From Chthonomonadales bacterium (GTDB lineage: Bacteria > Armatimonadota > Chthonomonadetes > Chthonomonadales > CAJBBX01), in contig JBBIPC010000015.1 of NCBI GenBank assembly GCA_037443035.1, positions 30,887-94,886 on the forward strand: a DNA stretch of 64,000 nt. Reading direction: 5' to 3'. The notes below the pieces were generated by a model. The model saw nothing but the letters and a program-made list of their open reading frames with translations, searched no databases and was not told where the DNA came from. Positions 30,267 through 40,663 of the stretch are shown here, piece after piece. Numbering within the stretch: the first letter of the stretch is position 1; every line of letters begins with the position of its first letter. Both the position numbers and the translations under genes were made by a program.

Positions 30267-32144
30267 ATGGAGTCTCCTGTCTGGGATGTGATTGTCGTCG
30301 GTTCCGGCCACGCGGGATGCGAGGCGGCTCTCGCGTCAGCACGTCTAGGATGCGCTACCCTTCTGGTAACCCTGCCCTCGGCCCAGACGGCACACATGCC
30401 CTGCAATTGCTCCGTCGGCGGGCCGGGCAAAGGCCATCTTGTCCGCGAGGTAGATGCGCTCGGCGGTCAAATGGCCCTGGCTGTGGATCAGACCTACACC
30501 CACATTCGTTCCGTGGGTACCGGCAAGGGCTACGCAATACGCACTCTCCGTGCGCAGGTAGACAAGGACGCTTACACTGCCGCTATGGAGGCGGCTCTTC
30601 AGGCGACGCCAGGACTGAAAATGCTGCGCGCCGAGGTCGCTGATGTTCGCATTCACGCTGGTGACGGCCTGGAGATCCGGCTCACCGACGGTCGGTGCCT
30701 ACGGACCCGCTCCGCCGTCATTACCACGGGTACTTACCTCAATGGCGTCATGCACTGTGGTGAGACGCGAACACCCGGCGGATGCCTCGGTTCCATGCCA
30801 GTGGTCACCCTGTCCCAGTCTCTGGCGCGCCTCGGGTTGAGGCTGGGCCGCTTCAAGACGGGTACGACACCCCGCGTCCACTCCGATAGCATCCAGTGGC
30901 AAGAGCTGGAGGAGATACCGTCGGAGGAGACCGCGCCTTTTTCTTACCTCCTCGATGCCACGACCGCACGGCGACCGACCGTCTCGTGCTGGCAGACCCA
31001 CACGAACTCGGAAACGCATAGAATCATCCGCGAGAACCTTCATCGTTCAGCCCTCTACGGTGGCCGCATCCAGGGTATAGGGCCGCGCTACTGCCCGAGT
31101 ATCGAGGACAAGGTCGTCCGGTTCGCCGAGAAGGTCTCGCATCCCGTCTTCTTCGAGCGGGAGTACGGGAACCGGCCCTCCATCTACGTGCAAGGGATGA
31201 GCACGAGCCTGCCCGCAGACGTGCAGCTTGCCATGCTCCGGACACTGCCAGGACTTCAGGACGTGGAGATGATCCGGCCCGGATATGCAGTGGAGTACGA
31301 CATGGTCTACCCGGATCAGCTCCGCCATACACTAGAGTGCAAGGCCGTGCCGGGGCTCTTCCTAGCTGGTCAGGTGAACGGCACTTCGGGCTACGAAGAG
31401 GCTGCGGCCCAGGGTCTCGTGGCCGGTATCAACGCAGCCCTCCGCTGCCTGGGAAAGGAACCCATCCTCCTGGACCGTCACGAGAGCTACATAGGCGTAC
31501 TCATAGATGATCTGGTCACCAAGGGCGTGGAGGACCCGTACCGGATGCTGACGGCCAGGGCTGAATGCCGCCTCTACCTGCGTCATGACAATGCCGACCT
31601 CCGTCTTACGCCGATCGCAGAGAAGATCGGCCTCGCATCACCCGAACGGCTCGAGCGTTTCCACCGCCGCCGGAAGGCCATCGAGGCAGAACGTCGGCGT
31701 CTGGCGAGCATATCCCTCGGCCCCATGGATAGCGACATCGTGGCTAGGCTCGGCACAGCACCTGTCCCGGAGCGCACCTCCCTTCTCGAACTGCTCAAGC
31801 GACCCGAGGTGACTTACGCCCGACTGTGCGAGTTGTATCCCCCCGACGGAGCCTGGTCGCCTGACGTGGGAGAGGCGTTGGAGGTCGAAGCTCGCTACGC
31901 CGGTTACATCGCACGCCAGGAACGGCGCACAGGTCGTATCCGCGAGTGGGATCTCGTCCCCATACCTTCCTGTCTGGACTACAGCACACTTCGCGGCCTC
32001 TCTCGCGAGGGCGCCGAGAAGCTCGCCAGAGTGACGCCTATGACCGTTGGCCAGGCCGCTCGCATTCCAGGGGTCACACCGGCGGATGTTCAGGTACTGA
32101 TGGTACACCTCCTCCGGATTCAGCGATCCAAGACCGTCGCCTGA
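30267..32144 (+). CDS. mnmG: tRNA uridine-5-carboxymethylaminomethyl(34) synthesis enzyme MnmG (GidA)
   Basis: GSGHAGCEAA, MPCNCSVGG, RFKTGT, GPRYCPSIEDK, GYAVEYD, AGQVNGTSGYEEAAAQG. Confidence 0.96.
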   Translation: MESPVWDVIVVGSGHAGCEAALASARLGCATLLVTLPSAQTAHMPCNCSVGGPGKGHLVREVDALGGQMALAVDQTYTHIRSVGTGKGYAIRTLRAQVDKDAYTAAMEAALQATPGLKMLRAEVADVRIHAGDGLEIRLTDGRCLRTRSAVITTGTYLNGVMHCGETRTPGGCLGSMPVVTLSQSLARLGLRLGRFKTGTTPRVHSDSIQWQELEEIPSEETAPFSYLLDATTARRPTVSCWQTHTNSETHRIIRENLHRSALYGGRIQGIGPRYCPSIEDKVVRFAEKVSHPVFFEREYGNRPSIYVQGMSTSLPADVQLAMLRTLPGLQDVEMIRPGYAVEYDMVYPDQLRHTLECKAVPGLFLAGQVNGTSGYEEAAAQGLVAGINAALRCLGKEPILLDRHESYIGVLIDDLVTKGVEDPYRMLTARAECRLYLRHDNADLRLTPIAEKIGLASPERLERFHRRRKAIEAERRRLASISLGPMDSDIVARLGTAPVPERTSLLELLKRPEVTYARLCELYPPDGAWSPDVGEALEVEARYAGYIARQERRTGRIREWDLVPIPSCLDYSTLRGLSREGAEKLARVTPMTVGQAARIPGVTPADVQVLMVHLLRIQRSKTVA

Positions 32145-32361
32145 CGGTCACTCCTGCGAGCAGTCGCCCAGCCAGCCACCGCGCGTTCGCGTAGATCCCT
32201 GCCCGTTGAGGTGCAGCACCATTGAAGCCCAGACCGGTCGCGACTCGTCTAAGAGCTAACGCTCTTGCGAGCCCTGGCGGACGCTAGGACCGATTCTCAC
32301 GCGCCAATGCCGTCAGTCCAGTTGTTGCTCGCCGATGCCTAGGCATCACAAGGAGGGACGT

Positions 32362-33345
32362 ATGGAACCAATGACGGGAGTGCTCGTCGGCTTCATCGTC
32401 TGGTTTCTGGTGCGCTACGGGGTCGCCGGTTTCTACACGGTTGGCCCCAACGAGCGTGCTGTGAAAACCAGGTTCGGGAGAGCCGATCGCATCCCCAACA
32501 AGACAACGCTCGATGATCCGATCTCCGAGCACTTGACGGAAGAGGAGAAGCCCCGCTACGCTTACCCACTGGTGCGGGTCATACAGCCGGGAGGCCCCTA
32601 CTGGAGATGGCCGTGGGAGCGAGTGCACAAGGTCTCTGTGGCGGTCCAGACCATGAACATGGCCCAGGACCTGGAAGATCCGACGGCTAATCACAACGGC
32701 ACGATGCTGGAAGCCGTAACCAAGGACCAGCTCAACGTCGGTCTCACCGGCCAGATTCGGTTTCGCGTCTCCGAGCGCAACCTATATGCCTATCTGTTCG
32801 GGGTGAAGCGTCCCATCATTCACGTCATGGGCTACTTCGTGGCCGTGCTGCGTGAGCGCATCGCCAACTACGAAGCTCCCAACGCCGAAGGAGCCGACAC
32901 AGTCTCGGCGGACGCGAGTGTAACAGGCATCTCCATCAACGACCTGCGCAAGAACCTGCGCGACATCAACGACCACATGGAGCGGGAATGCCGCTCAGCC
33001 GAGGCTCGGTACGGAATCGCCTTCGATGCCTCGCTCATTACGGGCATCGATCCCCCGGCGGAGGTGGAGTCCGCCCTGGCCGCCATCAACACTGCACATA
33101 ACCAGGTCTCTTCGGAAGTCAGCCTGGCACAGGCCGCCGCCGACCAGCGTATCGTTCAGTCCAAACGTGCCGTGGAAATCGAGACGCTCAACGCCAACGC
33201 GGAGGTTGAGCCGCTGAGGGCTCTTGCCGCGCAACTGGCGGAACTCAAGAAGGCCGGGCCCGATGTGCTCCGTGCTTATGTCCGCAATGTGCGTCTCAGG
33301 CTGTTCGCCAAGGCCAAGCGCGTCATCATGGAGGCGGAACCATGA
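32362..33345 (+). CDS. SPFH/band-7 domain membrane protein
   Basis: N-terminal TM helix; YTVGPNERAVKTRFG, AVTKDQLNV, ITGIDPP, C-terminal coiled coil; AAGGAGG RBS. Confidence 0.85.
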   Translation: MEPMTGVLVGFIVWFLVRYGVAGFYTVGPNERAVKTRFGRADRIPNKTTLDDPISEHLTEEEKPRYAYPLVRVIQPGGPYWRWPWERVHKVSVAVQTMNMAQDLEDPTANHNGTMLEAVTKDQLNVGLTGQIRFRVSERNLYAYLFGVKRPIIHVMGYFVAVLRERIANYEAPNAEGADTVSADASVTGISINDLRKNLRDINDHMERECRSAEARYGIAFDASLITGIDPPAEVESALAAINTAHNQVSSEVSLAQAAADQRIVQSKRAVEIETLNANAEVEPLRALAAQLAELKKAGPDVLRAYVRNVRLRLFAKAKRVIMEAEP

Positions 33346-34265
33346 CCGGAGGACAGGCTGCCATCTATACCTTCATCGCACTATTCGTCCTAGTACCCCT
33401 CATTGGCGCACTGAATCGCACGTTCGGCATGTACGCCATCGTCAACGAGGGAACTAGGCATGTCTACGTTCTCTTCGGGAACGTGGTGGGCATCCTCGAA
33501 GAGCCGGGACTCCACCTGCTATGGTTCGAGCTGGGCTGGCGTGCGCTGCTGGTCAACTGGCTCGGACAGCGCCACGTGCTCGACATGCGAATGGACCAGG
33601 AGTATCTGCGAAGCGCACCCGTGAACTCGGAAGAAGGCGCACCCATGGGGATTGGCGTCTGGTACGAGATGTATATCAGCGATCCGGTGGCCTACCTTTT
33701 CCGCAATGCCGATCCGCGTGGCTCGCTGCGGGCCAATGTGAGTAACTCCACGGTGCGGTGCCTGAGCAATATGCCACTGGCGGAGATGCTGGAGACGCGG
33801 CACAAGATGAGCCTGACGGTTCGCGCGGAAGTCTCGCCAAAGTCGGCCGAATGGGGATACCTCCTCGGTTCTGTCTACATTCGCAAGGTGCACTTCCGCG
33901 ACGCTGGAATGATCCGGCAGATCGAGGAGAAAGTGGTCAACAGGCTCCGGCAGGTCACTTCGGCCATTCTCCAGGATGGAGCCAACCAGGTCAACGTCAT
34001 TCGGAGCACGGCAGAGCGGCAGGCCGCGGTGGAGTTCGCGCGTGCGGCTGCCATGCGGCCGCAGATCGTGGGTGCTGCCCTCAACGAGATCGCCCGAGAT
34101 CCAGATATCGCCTCGGCACTGTTCGAGATACTCGAAACGCAGAACGTGCTGGAAGCCAATCCACAAATCACCCTCGTACCAGGGGGAGCTGGAGCCGTGG
34201 CGGCACTCCTCGCGGCACAACCCGAACCGCGGGAAGATAAGCCTGTCAAGACGAAGCAAGCATAG
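33342..34265 (+). CDS. SPFH/band-7 domain membrane protein (partner)
   Basis: ATGA overlap with the upstream gene; TM helix, EPGLH, WGYLLGSVYIRKV, coiled coil. Confidence 0.85.
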   Translation: MTGGQAAIYTFIALFVLVPLIGALNRTFGMYAIVNEGTRHVYVLFGNVVGILEEPGLHLLWFELGWRALLVNWLGQRHVLDMRMDQEYLRSAPVNSEEGAPMGIGVWYEMYISDPVAYLFRNADPRGSLRANVSNSTVRCLSNMPLAEMLETRHKMSLTVRAEVSPKSAEWGYLLGSVYIRKVHFRDAGMIRQIEEKVVNRLRQVTSAILQDGANQVNVIRSTAERQAAVEFARAAAMRPQIVGAALNEIARDPDIASALFEILETQNVLEANPQITLVPGGAGAVAALLAAQPEPREDKPVKTKQA

Positions 34266-34279
34266 ATAGCGGCATGTCG

Positions 34280-34322
34280 CCGGCCGGAGACTTGGCAAGT
34301 TCCTTGTCAGGTCGCCGGCCGG
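34280..34322. terminator. Long hairpin after the SPFH pair
   Basis: CCGGCCGG-A-GACTTGGCAAG-TTC-CTTGTCAGGTC-G-CCGGCCGG; no U-tract. Confidence 0.45.
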
Positions 34323-34417
34323 AGCGCTCTGGGAGATCCTCACGGGGGGTCTGTGCGGTCGTGGTGATAGGAGAGCCGCGCAGTCTCACCGAATCCTCAG
34401 CCCGAGGAGGACTCACC

Positions 34418-37400
34418 TTGCATCGTTGGCTTCTCTACGTCGCCCTTGCCCTCGCATGTGGGGCCATCCGCGCCCAGACGGGGGATGCAGCGCCGGAACC
34501 GATTCGCTTCGCACGCCATCCATCGTTCTCGCCAGACGGTTTCACCATAGCGTTCTCCTATGCTGGCGACATCTGGACGGTGCCTGCCACCGGAGGCACC
34601 GCCAGGAGGCTGACGGTTCACAAGGCGTTCGACCAGTTCCCTGTATGGTCCCCAGATGGCAAGTGGATCGCCTTCTCTTCCGATCGAGAGGGTAGCTACG
34701 ATGTATGGATCATGCCGGCGGACGGCGGTGAGCCTCGCCGATTGACGTATCATTCAGCTGCTGACTACGTCACGGACTGGACTCCCAACGGCTCCGAGAT
34801 CCTATTCACCTCCGCGCGGGAGACCACCCGCACGTCAGCGGTCTACGCCGTCAATGTCCAGACAGGACGATCCCGCCTCGTTCGCTCTGACGAGATCGCT
34901 CTCGCCAATGCACGTTCTTCGCCCGATGGGAGGGTGATCTACTGCACACGGGGCGGCAGTTGGACTCGGAAGGGCTATCGTGGCAGCGGCGCGTCGGACC
35001 TTCTCGCAGTTCCATCGTCCGGTGGCGCCGGACGTCTCCTGACCCACACCGAGACGAACGAGCGGTGGGCCATGCCTGAGCCGGATGGACGCTTCGTCTG
35101 TTACGTCTCGGACAGGAGCGGCAGCCCCAACATTGTGCGGCGTCGCATCGTGGGCGGTGCCGAGACACTTCTCACGCGATTCACCGAGGGGAATGTCTTC
35201 TACCCTTCCATGGCCCGAGATGGATCCCGCATAGCGTTCGAGCGAAACTTCGGGATCTGGACACTGGATATGAAGACGCGGGAAACGCATGAGATCCCCA
35301 TCTATGCCCCAACGGATTACCGTGTGGTCCCCGAGGACCGGCGGCGGTTGGGCAGCCGCATTCAGGAGTTCGCTCTGGCGCCTGATGGCAAGCAGGTAGC
35401 CTTCGTCGTCCACGGCGAGGTCTTCGTCGTAACCACCACCGGACGGTCGGAGCCACGTCGGATTACGGACACTCCCCAGCGGGAGGAAGACATCGCCTGG
35501 TCGCCAGAGGGACGGTACCTTGCCATGGTGTCGGACCGAACGGGCGAGGCAGAGCTATATCTTGTAGATATCCAGGACCTGAAGGTCCGGGTCCTGACCG
35601 ATGCGCCGGCCCAGCCCCCTTCCGGACCGGTCTTCTCGCCTGACGGCAAGAGTATTGCCTTTGTTAGGGGAGCGTCTGGGTCGGAGCTGTGCGTTGTTCC
35701 TGCGGCAGGAGGCCCGGTCCGCGTCCTGGTGAAGGATCCGTCCATCGAAGGGCCGGTATGGTCTCCGAATGGGCAGTGGATCGCCTACGCACGCCACAAA
35801 TCGCATTCGGCAGGTTCTGTGGCCGACATCTTTCTCGTGAACGTCGAGAAGCCGCAACCCATCAATATCACGCGGTACCCGGCGGTCAGCACGCGACCAA
35901 GCTGGTCCCCCGACGGCCGTCGGATCTTCTTCCTATCTAATCGTGGGCAGACCAATCATGTATGGAGCGTCAGCCTGCGCGAGGAGGCCGGGACGCCTGA
36001 GGGGTCTGCCGAAGCACCGTCGGAGCCAGGATCGGCTGGCTTCGATCTGGACCGTGTCCACCTGCGTGCACGCCGTGTGACTAGTGGAGATAGCTCGGTA
36101 CAGAGCTATGTCGTCGCCCCCGATGGTCGGAGCGTCCTGTTCACCGTCCCACAACTCGATCGGACGGATATCTGGCGCGTGGCGGTGGCTGGAGGCGCCC
36201 CAACGCGCCTGACCCAGAGTGGCGAATCGGCCTCGTCGCTTCAAGTGACGCGAGACGGTTCCGTCGTCTACTACACGGTGGGAGGAGCATTGCGCCGTCT
36301 GGTGCTGGCCGGACCGGGTCCCACGGTTCAGCCCCTACCTGTCAGCGTGGACATAGTCGTGAATCGCCGGGCCGAGATGCTGCAGATGTTCGACGAGGCT
36401 TGGCGCAAGATGCGGGACGGTTTCTACGATCCCGGTATGCACGGGTGTGACTGGAATGGCGTCCGTAGCCGCTATCGGCCCGTCGCCGAGCGCCTGCAAA
36501 CACGCGAGGAGTTCTATGCTCTCTTCACTCTGGCGCTCGGCGAGCTCAACGCTTCCCATTGTGGGATTAGCAGCCCGGATGGCGGTGCCAGCGCCCAGGG
36601 AGCATTCTTGGGAGTGGTGTTGGACGATGCGTACCCAGGGCCAGGCGTGCGGATTGCTAGGGTCATGCGACGAGGTCCCGCCGACCGACCAGAATCCCGA
36701 CTCGCGGCAGGCGATGTGCTCGTGAAACTTGACGGCGCGGACATAGCATCGAACGAGGAGTTCCACGGCATGCTGGAGGGCCGCGCCGGCAAGCAAGTAG
36801 CCCTCAGGGTCCGCTCGAAGGACGGCAAGGACCGTACCGTCAGGATTCGGCCGGTCGCAACTTCTGCCATACGGGAACTCGTGTACGACGAATGGGTACA
36901 CGATCGGAAGCAGCTTGTGGAACATCTGTCTGGGGGCCGGCTCCAATATGTCCATCTCAGCGGTATGGGAGCGGCCAACCTCGAAACGTTCCGGCGCGCT
37001 GCTCTGAGCGAGATGGAAGGCAAAGAGGGCCTCATCCTCGATGTGCGCTTCAATGGCGGCGGCAGTATAGCCGACGAGATCTTCTCCGTGCTGGAGAACA
37101 GGGTGTTTGGCTGGAGAACGATACGCGGCGATCCGCAGATGTCCCCTGCCCCGCTTCCGGCACTGGCCAGGCCCATCATCGTGCTGGCGAACGAGGCCTC
37201 GTTCAGCAATGCCGAGGTCTTCCCGTGGGGACTGCGCGCGCTCAAGCTGGGCAAAGTGGTCGGCGTGCGGACTTTCGGTGGCGTCATCGGCACGGGGAGC
37301 ACGACGCTCATTGACGGAACCACGCTCCGCATGCCGGCCGTTGGCTCCTACACATTGGATGGACGGAACATGGAAAACAACGGTTGTCCTCCAGACATCT

Positions 37401-37558
37401 TCGTCCAACACACCCCTGAGGATATCGTCAGCGGCCGCGACAGACAGCTCGAGCGAGCCGTCTCAGAGCTGCTACGACAGATAGGCAAACGGCCCCCGGC
37501 CCAACGGTCCCGCGTGGGTCGTGGCGCGACGGGCCATACGGCAGCGGAGCAACCTTAG
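34418..37558 (+). CDS. Tricorn-like S41 peptidase (PD40 beta-propellers, PDZ, S41)
   Basis: GAGGAGG RBS then TTG 34418; signal peptide; many WSPDG repeats; FYDPGMHG, ELNASH, DVRFNGGG, SFSNAE, RTFGGVIG, MENNGCPPDI. Confidence 0.92.
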   Translation: MHRWLLYVALALACGAIRAQTGDAAPEPIRFARHPSFSPDGFTIAFSYAGDIWTVPATGGTARRLTVHKAFDQFPVWSPDGKWIAFSSDREGSYDVWIMPADGGEPRRLTYHSAADYVTDWTPNGSEILFTSARETTRTSAVYAVNVQTGRSRLVRSDEIALANARSSPDGRVIYCTRGGSWTRKGYRGSGASDLLAVPSSGGAGRLLTHTETNERWAMPEPDGRFVCYVSDRSGSPNIVRRRIVGGAETLLTRFTEGNVFYPSMARDGSRIAFERNFGIWTLDMKTRETHEIPIYAPTDYRVVPEDRRRLGSRIQEFALAPDGKQVAFVVHGEVFVVTTTGRSEPRRITDTPQREEDIAWSPEGRYLAMVSDRTGEAELYLVDIQDLKVRVLTDAPAQPPSGPVFSPDGKSIAFVRGASGSELCVVPAAGGPVRVLVKDPSIEGPVWSPNGQWIAYARHKSHSAGSVADIFLVNVEKPQPINITRYPAVSTRPSWSPDGRRIFFLSNRGQTNHVWSVSLREEAGTPEGSAEAPSEPGSAGFDLDRVHLRARRVTSGDSSVQSYVVAPDGRSVLFTVPQLDRTDIWRVAVAGGAPTRLTQSGESASSLQVTRDGSVVYYTVGGALRRLVLAGPGPTVQPLPVSVDIVVNRRAEMLQMFDEAWRKMRDGFYDPGMHGCDWNGVRSRYRPVAERLQTREEFYALFTLALGELNASHCGISSPDGGASAQGAFLGVVLDDAYPGPGVRIARVMRRGPADRPESRLAAGDVLVKLDGADIASNEEFHGMLEGRAGKQVALRVRSKDGKDRTVRIRPVATSAIRELVYDEWVHDRKQLVEHLSGGRLQYVHLSGMGAANLETFRRAALSEMEGKEGLILDVRFNGGGSIADEIFSVLENRVFGWRTIRGDPQMSPAPLPALARPIIVLANEASFSNAEVFPWGLRALKLGKVVGVRTFGGVIGTGSTTLIDGTTLRMPAVGSYTLDGRNMENNGCPPDIFVQHTPEDIVSGRDRQLERAVSELLRQIGKRPPAQRSRVGRGATGHTAAEQP

Positions 37559-37620
37559 CCCTGGTACAATGGCCCGAGACGGACACGGTCGTCCGCTCTG
37601 CAGATCAGGAAAGGAACAGC

Positions 37621-38091
37621 ATGGGAGACAATCTGGGCAGCACTACTCTGGCGCAAGTCGCCATCGTCGTACGGGACATCGAAGCCGCAGCACGGCGGTG
37701 GGCAGATGTCCTGGGGATGCCCGTACCTCAGGTCATTACCACGTCACCCGGTCTCGAGGTCGAGCAGACGTATCGTGGCGTACCATCGAACGCTCAGGCG
37801 AAGCTGGCGTTCTTTCAGCTCGGCCAGGTGCAGCTCGAGCTCATCGAGCCGATCGGAGACGGCAGCACCTGGAAAGAAGTGCTGGATAGGAAAGGCGAAG
37901 GCTTCCACCACATCGCGTTCTGGGTCGAGGGCATGCAACAGAGCGTGGATTTCCTTCGCGAACGGGGCATTCCCATGGTCCAGCGTGGCGATATGGGCGA
38001 AGGGCAATATGCTTACTTCGACGCCGAGGAGTCGCTAGGCGTGACGCTGGAGCTCCTCGAGCGGAAGCGCGAGAGCCGCGCCACTCCCTGA
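37621..38091 (+). CDS. VOC/glyoxalase family protein (methylmalonyl-CoA epimerase-like)
   Basis: QVAIVVRDI, QLELIEP, GEGFHHIAF, LELLE; TGGTACAAT extended -10 at 37562-37570. Confidence 0.87.
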   Translation: MGDNLGSTTLAQVAIVVRDIEAAARRWADVLGMPVPQVITTSPGLEVEQTYRGVPSNAQAKLAFFQLGQVQLELIEPIGDGSTWKEVLDRKGEGFHHIAFWVEGMQQSVDFLRERGIPMVQRGDMGEGQYAYFDAEESLGVTLELLERKRESRATP

Positions 38092-38190
38092 CACCCGGTG
38101 GAGGTGGGATCGGTGCGCACCCCCACGGCAGCACGGCTCGGCCCCCATGGCTCCTGTAGACTGCCTCGGAGGTGTGGAGCCTGTCCCTCG

Positions 38191-38388
38191 ATGGCAGGCC
38201 ATCTCCTCCTGCGGCTACTGCAACGGCTCGCGTGGCTTGCAGCACTGGTGCTCCTGCTCGCCTTGATGCCGTGGGGCGGTCCGCTCGGACCTGTTCGGGT
38301 CAAGCATGCCGTCATGACCTTGCTAGTAGTCGTCGGCATCGGCAAGAGCCTGCTGGATACGTTCTACTACGATCGGTTCCGGCCGTGA
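38191..38388 (+). CDS. Small two-helix membrane protein (65 aa)
   Basis: Two hydrophobic segments ending GKSLLDTFYYDRFRP; co-oriented within the gene run. Confidence 0.55.
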   Translation: MAGHLLLRLLQRLAWLAALVLLLALMPWGGPLGPVRVKHAVMTLLVVVGIGKSLLDTFYYDRFRP

Positions 38389-38451
38389 CCGGATCCGGAT
38401 GTTCACTCATCACCGCCGCATTGCAGTCCCGTGAGCAGGAGTAAGCCATCC

Positions 38452-40626
38452 ATGCCTTCGGACGAGCACCGACGCCTGACCCTGCATACCATCTTCCACT
38501 CGAAGGTCCTGCAGGAGAAACCCCTCCAGTCGCCGTGTTGGATGAAGGACAACCGGCGGCTGGCCTATCTGGATCGCTACCCGGGTAGCCGTCTCACCAC
38601 CGTTTGGGTCTACGACGCGGAAACGGGTGAGCGGGAGTCGCTCCTGGATCCTCGGAAGCTCCGGTTGACGCGGGATGCCAAGCCTATGCCCATTAGCACC
38701 ATCCGCTTCAGCCCCGACGAGCGATATCTGCTACTTACTTCGAAGCCGCCAGCCAGGTTCTCGCCGTGTGGCGACCTCTATCTGTACGACATGTGTCACG
38801 AGGTTCTAAGGAGGCTCACAGACACGGAGTCTGCGCAGTATCATCCGGAGTTCTCCCCCGACGGCAGCAGTATCGCCTACGTGCGAGACAATGACCTCTG
38901 GGTCCTCATCGTGAGAACCGGAGAGGAGCGCCGTCTGACAACAGACGGGACTTCAGCGGTCTACAACGGTCGGTGCGGGTGGGTCTACGAAGAGGAGTTG
39001 GGGCTGGCTCGTGCCTGGGAATGGTCGCCGGACGGCCAGACGATCGCCTTCCTCCAGCAAGATGAAACAGGCGTACCGGAGGTCCTGCTTCCGCAGTATG
39101 ACAAGCCGCAATGCGATCCCCGTCCAACGCGCTACCCCAAGGCCGGCGATCCGAACCCGACCGTACGCTTGGGCATCGTGCAGGTTGCTACTGGCGAGCT
39201 GCAGTGGGTGGATCTGAAGCCGGTGACAGGTGATTCTCCCGAGGAGCACTATATCGCCCACCTGCAGTGGGCTCCTGACGGGAACGAGCTCTTACTGCAG
39301 TACATCCCACGCCTGCAGAACACATTACGCCTGGTGGCGGTGCGCCGCGACGACCTTACCGTCCGCACGGTTGTGGAAGAGCGCGATGAAGCGTGGGTAG
39401 ATCATCCAGGCAAGCTGCACTTCGTGGGCGATGGCCATGAGTTTCTTTGGCCATCCGAACGGGATGGGTGGCGGCACCTGTACGTCCATGACATGGCAGG
39501 GAATTGCGTTCGGCAACTGACATCAGGCGAATGGGAAGTGGCCGGGATCGCAGCGGTGGACCAGAGAAGAGGGTGCGTCTACTTCATCGCAGCCCGGCCG
39601 TCTCCTACCGAGCGCAACCTCTATCGCGTGGCACTCGACGGCGGAGATCCGGAACGACTGACAGAAGAGCCAGGAGTACACACCGCCCTGTTCGCACGGG
39701 ACTGCCAGCGCTATCTCCACACGCACTCCTCCCTGAATACGCCATCGTGCACCGAAGTCTGTACCGTCGAAGGCGATAGGTCGGCTCCGTTGACACGCGA
39801 CATCGCGCCAGTGCTCAGGCGCTACGGTGTTGCGGTTGGAGCGGAAGTTCCCGAAGGGGGCTGGGAGCTTCTGACATTCCAGACGGAGGACGGCCAGACG
39901 CTCTACGGTCGAATGCTCAAGCCACGCCGCTTCGACCCGCGCCGTCGGTACCCTGTCCTCATGCACACCTACGGCGGGCCAGGCTCCCAGGTCGTCCTCG
40001 ACCAGTGGGGCGGCACAGGTGCCCTCTGGTATCACTACCTTGCCCAACAGGGCTACCTCATCTTTCTATGCGACAACCGCGGAACAGGCGCCCGAGGACG
40101 GGACTTCCGGAAGATCACCTACCTGCGGCTCGGTGACTGGGAGGTTCGCGATCAAATAGCCGGAGCGAGGTTCCTCGCATCCCTCCCCTTCGTGGATCCG
40201 AAGCGCATCGCCATTTGGGGTTGGAGTTACGGCGGGTACATGGCATCTTTGTGCATTCTCCAGGGTGCGGATGTGTTCAAGGCTGCCATCGCCGTGGCGC
40301 CAGTCACCGATTGGAGGCTATACGACACCATCTACACGGAACGCTACATGCGCACACCTGCCGAGAATCCCGAGGGCTATCGAGATGGGTCACCCGTCCA
40401 TCATGCCCGCAAGCTCCAGGGGCGGTTCCTGCTCGTGCATGGCACCATGGACGACAACGTCCATTTCCAAAACGCGGCCCGTCTAGCATCGGCTCTCCAG
40501 GACGCCGGCAAGCTGTTCGAGACGATGTTCTATCCCGAGAGGCACCATGGGATCGAGAACCGCCATCTGCACCTCTACAGGACGATGACAGCGTTTCTTC
40601 GGCGCGCCCTCCGTCGGTCGTCGTGA
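38452..40626 (+). CDS. S9B dipeptidyl peptidase IV family protein
   Basis: WVYEEE, RYPKAGDPNP, YGGPGSQ, GWSYGG (Ser), YDTIYTERYM, HGTMDDNVH (Asp), HHGI (His). Confidence 0.93.
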   Translation: MPSDEHRRLTLHTIFHSKVLQEKPLQSPCWMKDNRRLAYLDRYPGSRLTTVWVYDAETGERESLLDPRKLRLTRDAKPMPISTIRFSPDERYLLLTSKPPARFSPCGDLYLYDMCHEVLRRLTDTESAQYHPEFSPDGSSIAYVRDNDLWVLIVRTGEERRLTTDGTSAVYNGRCGWVYEEELGLARAWEWSPDGQTIAFLQQDETGVPEVLLPQYDKPQCDPRPTRYPKAGDPNPTVRLGIVQVATGELQWVDLKPVTGDSPEEHYIAHLQWAPDGNELLLQYIPRLQNTLRLVAVRRDDLTVRTVVEERDEAWVDHPGKLHFVGDGHEFLWPSERDGWRHLYVHDMAGNCVRQLTSGEWEVAGIAAVDQRRGCVYFIAARPSPTERNLYRVALDGGDPERLTEEPGVHTALFARDCQRYLHTHSSLNTPSCTEVCTVEGDRSAPLTRDIAPVLRRYGVAVGAEVPEGGWELLTFQTEDGQTLYGRMLKPRRFDPRRRYPVLMHTYGGPGSQVVLDQWGGTGALWYHYLAQQGYLIFLCDNRGTGARGRDFRKITYLRLGDWEVRDQIAGARFLASLPFVDPKRIAIWGWSYGGYMASLCILQGADVFKAAIAVAPVTDWRLYDTIYTERYMRTPAENPEGYRDGSPVHHARKLQGRFLLVHGTMDDNVHFQNAARLASALQDAGKLFETMFYPERHHGIENRHLHLYRTMTAFLRRALRRSS

Positions 40627-40663
40627 CAGCCCCGACAGCGGCGGACACACCACGGCGTGCTAG

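Noticed and set aside
34276..34324. 14-bp direct repeat GTCGCCGGCCGGAG as a target-site duplication or CRISPR remnant
   Set aside because: Only two copies, largely explained by the self-complementary CCGGCCGG arms of a hairpin; no cas or transposase genes
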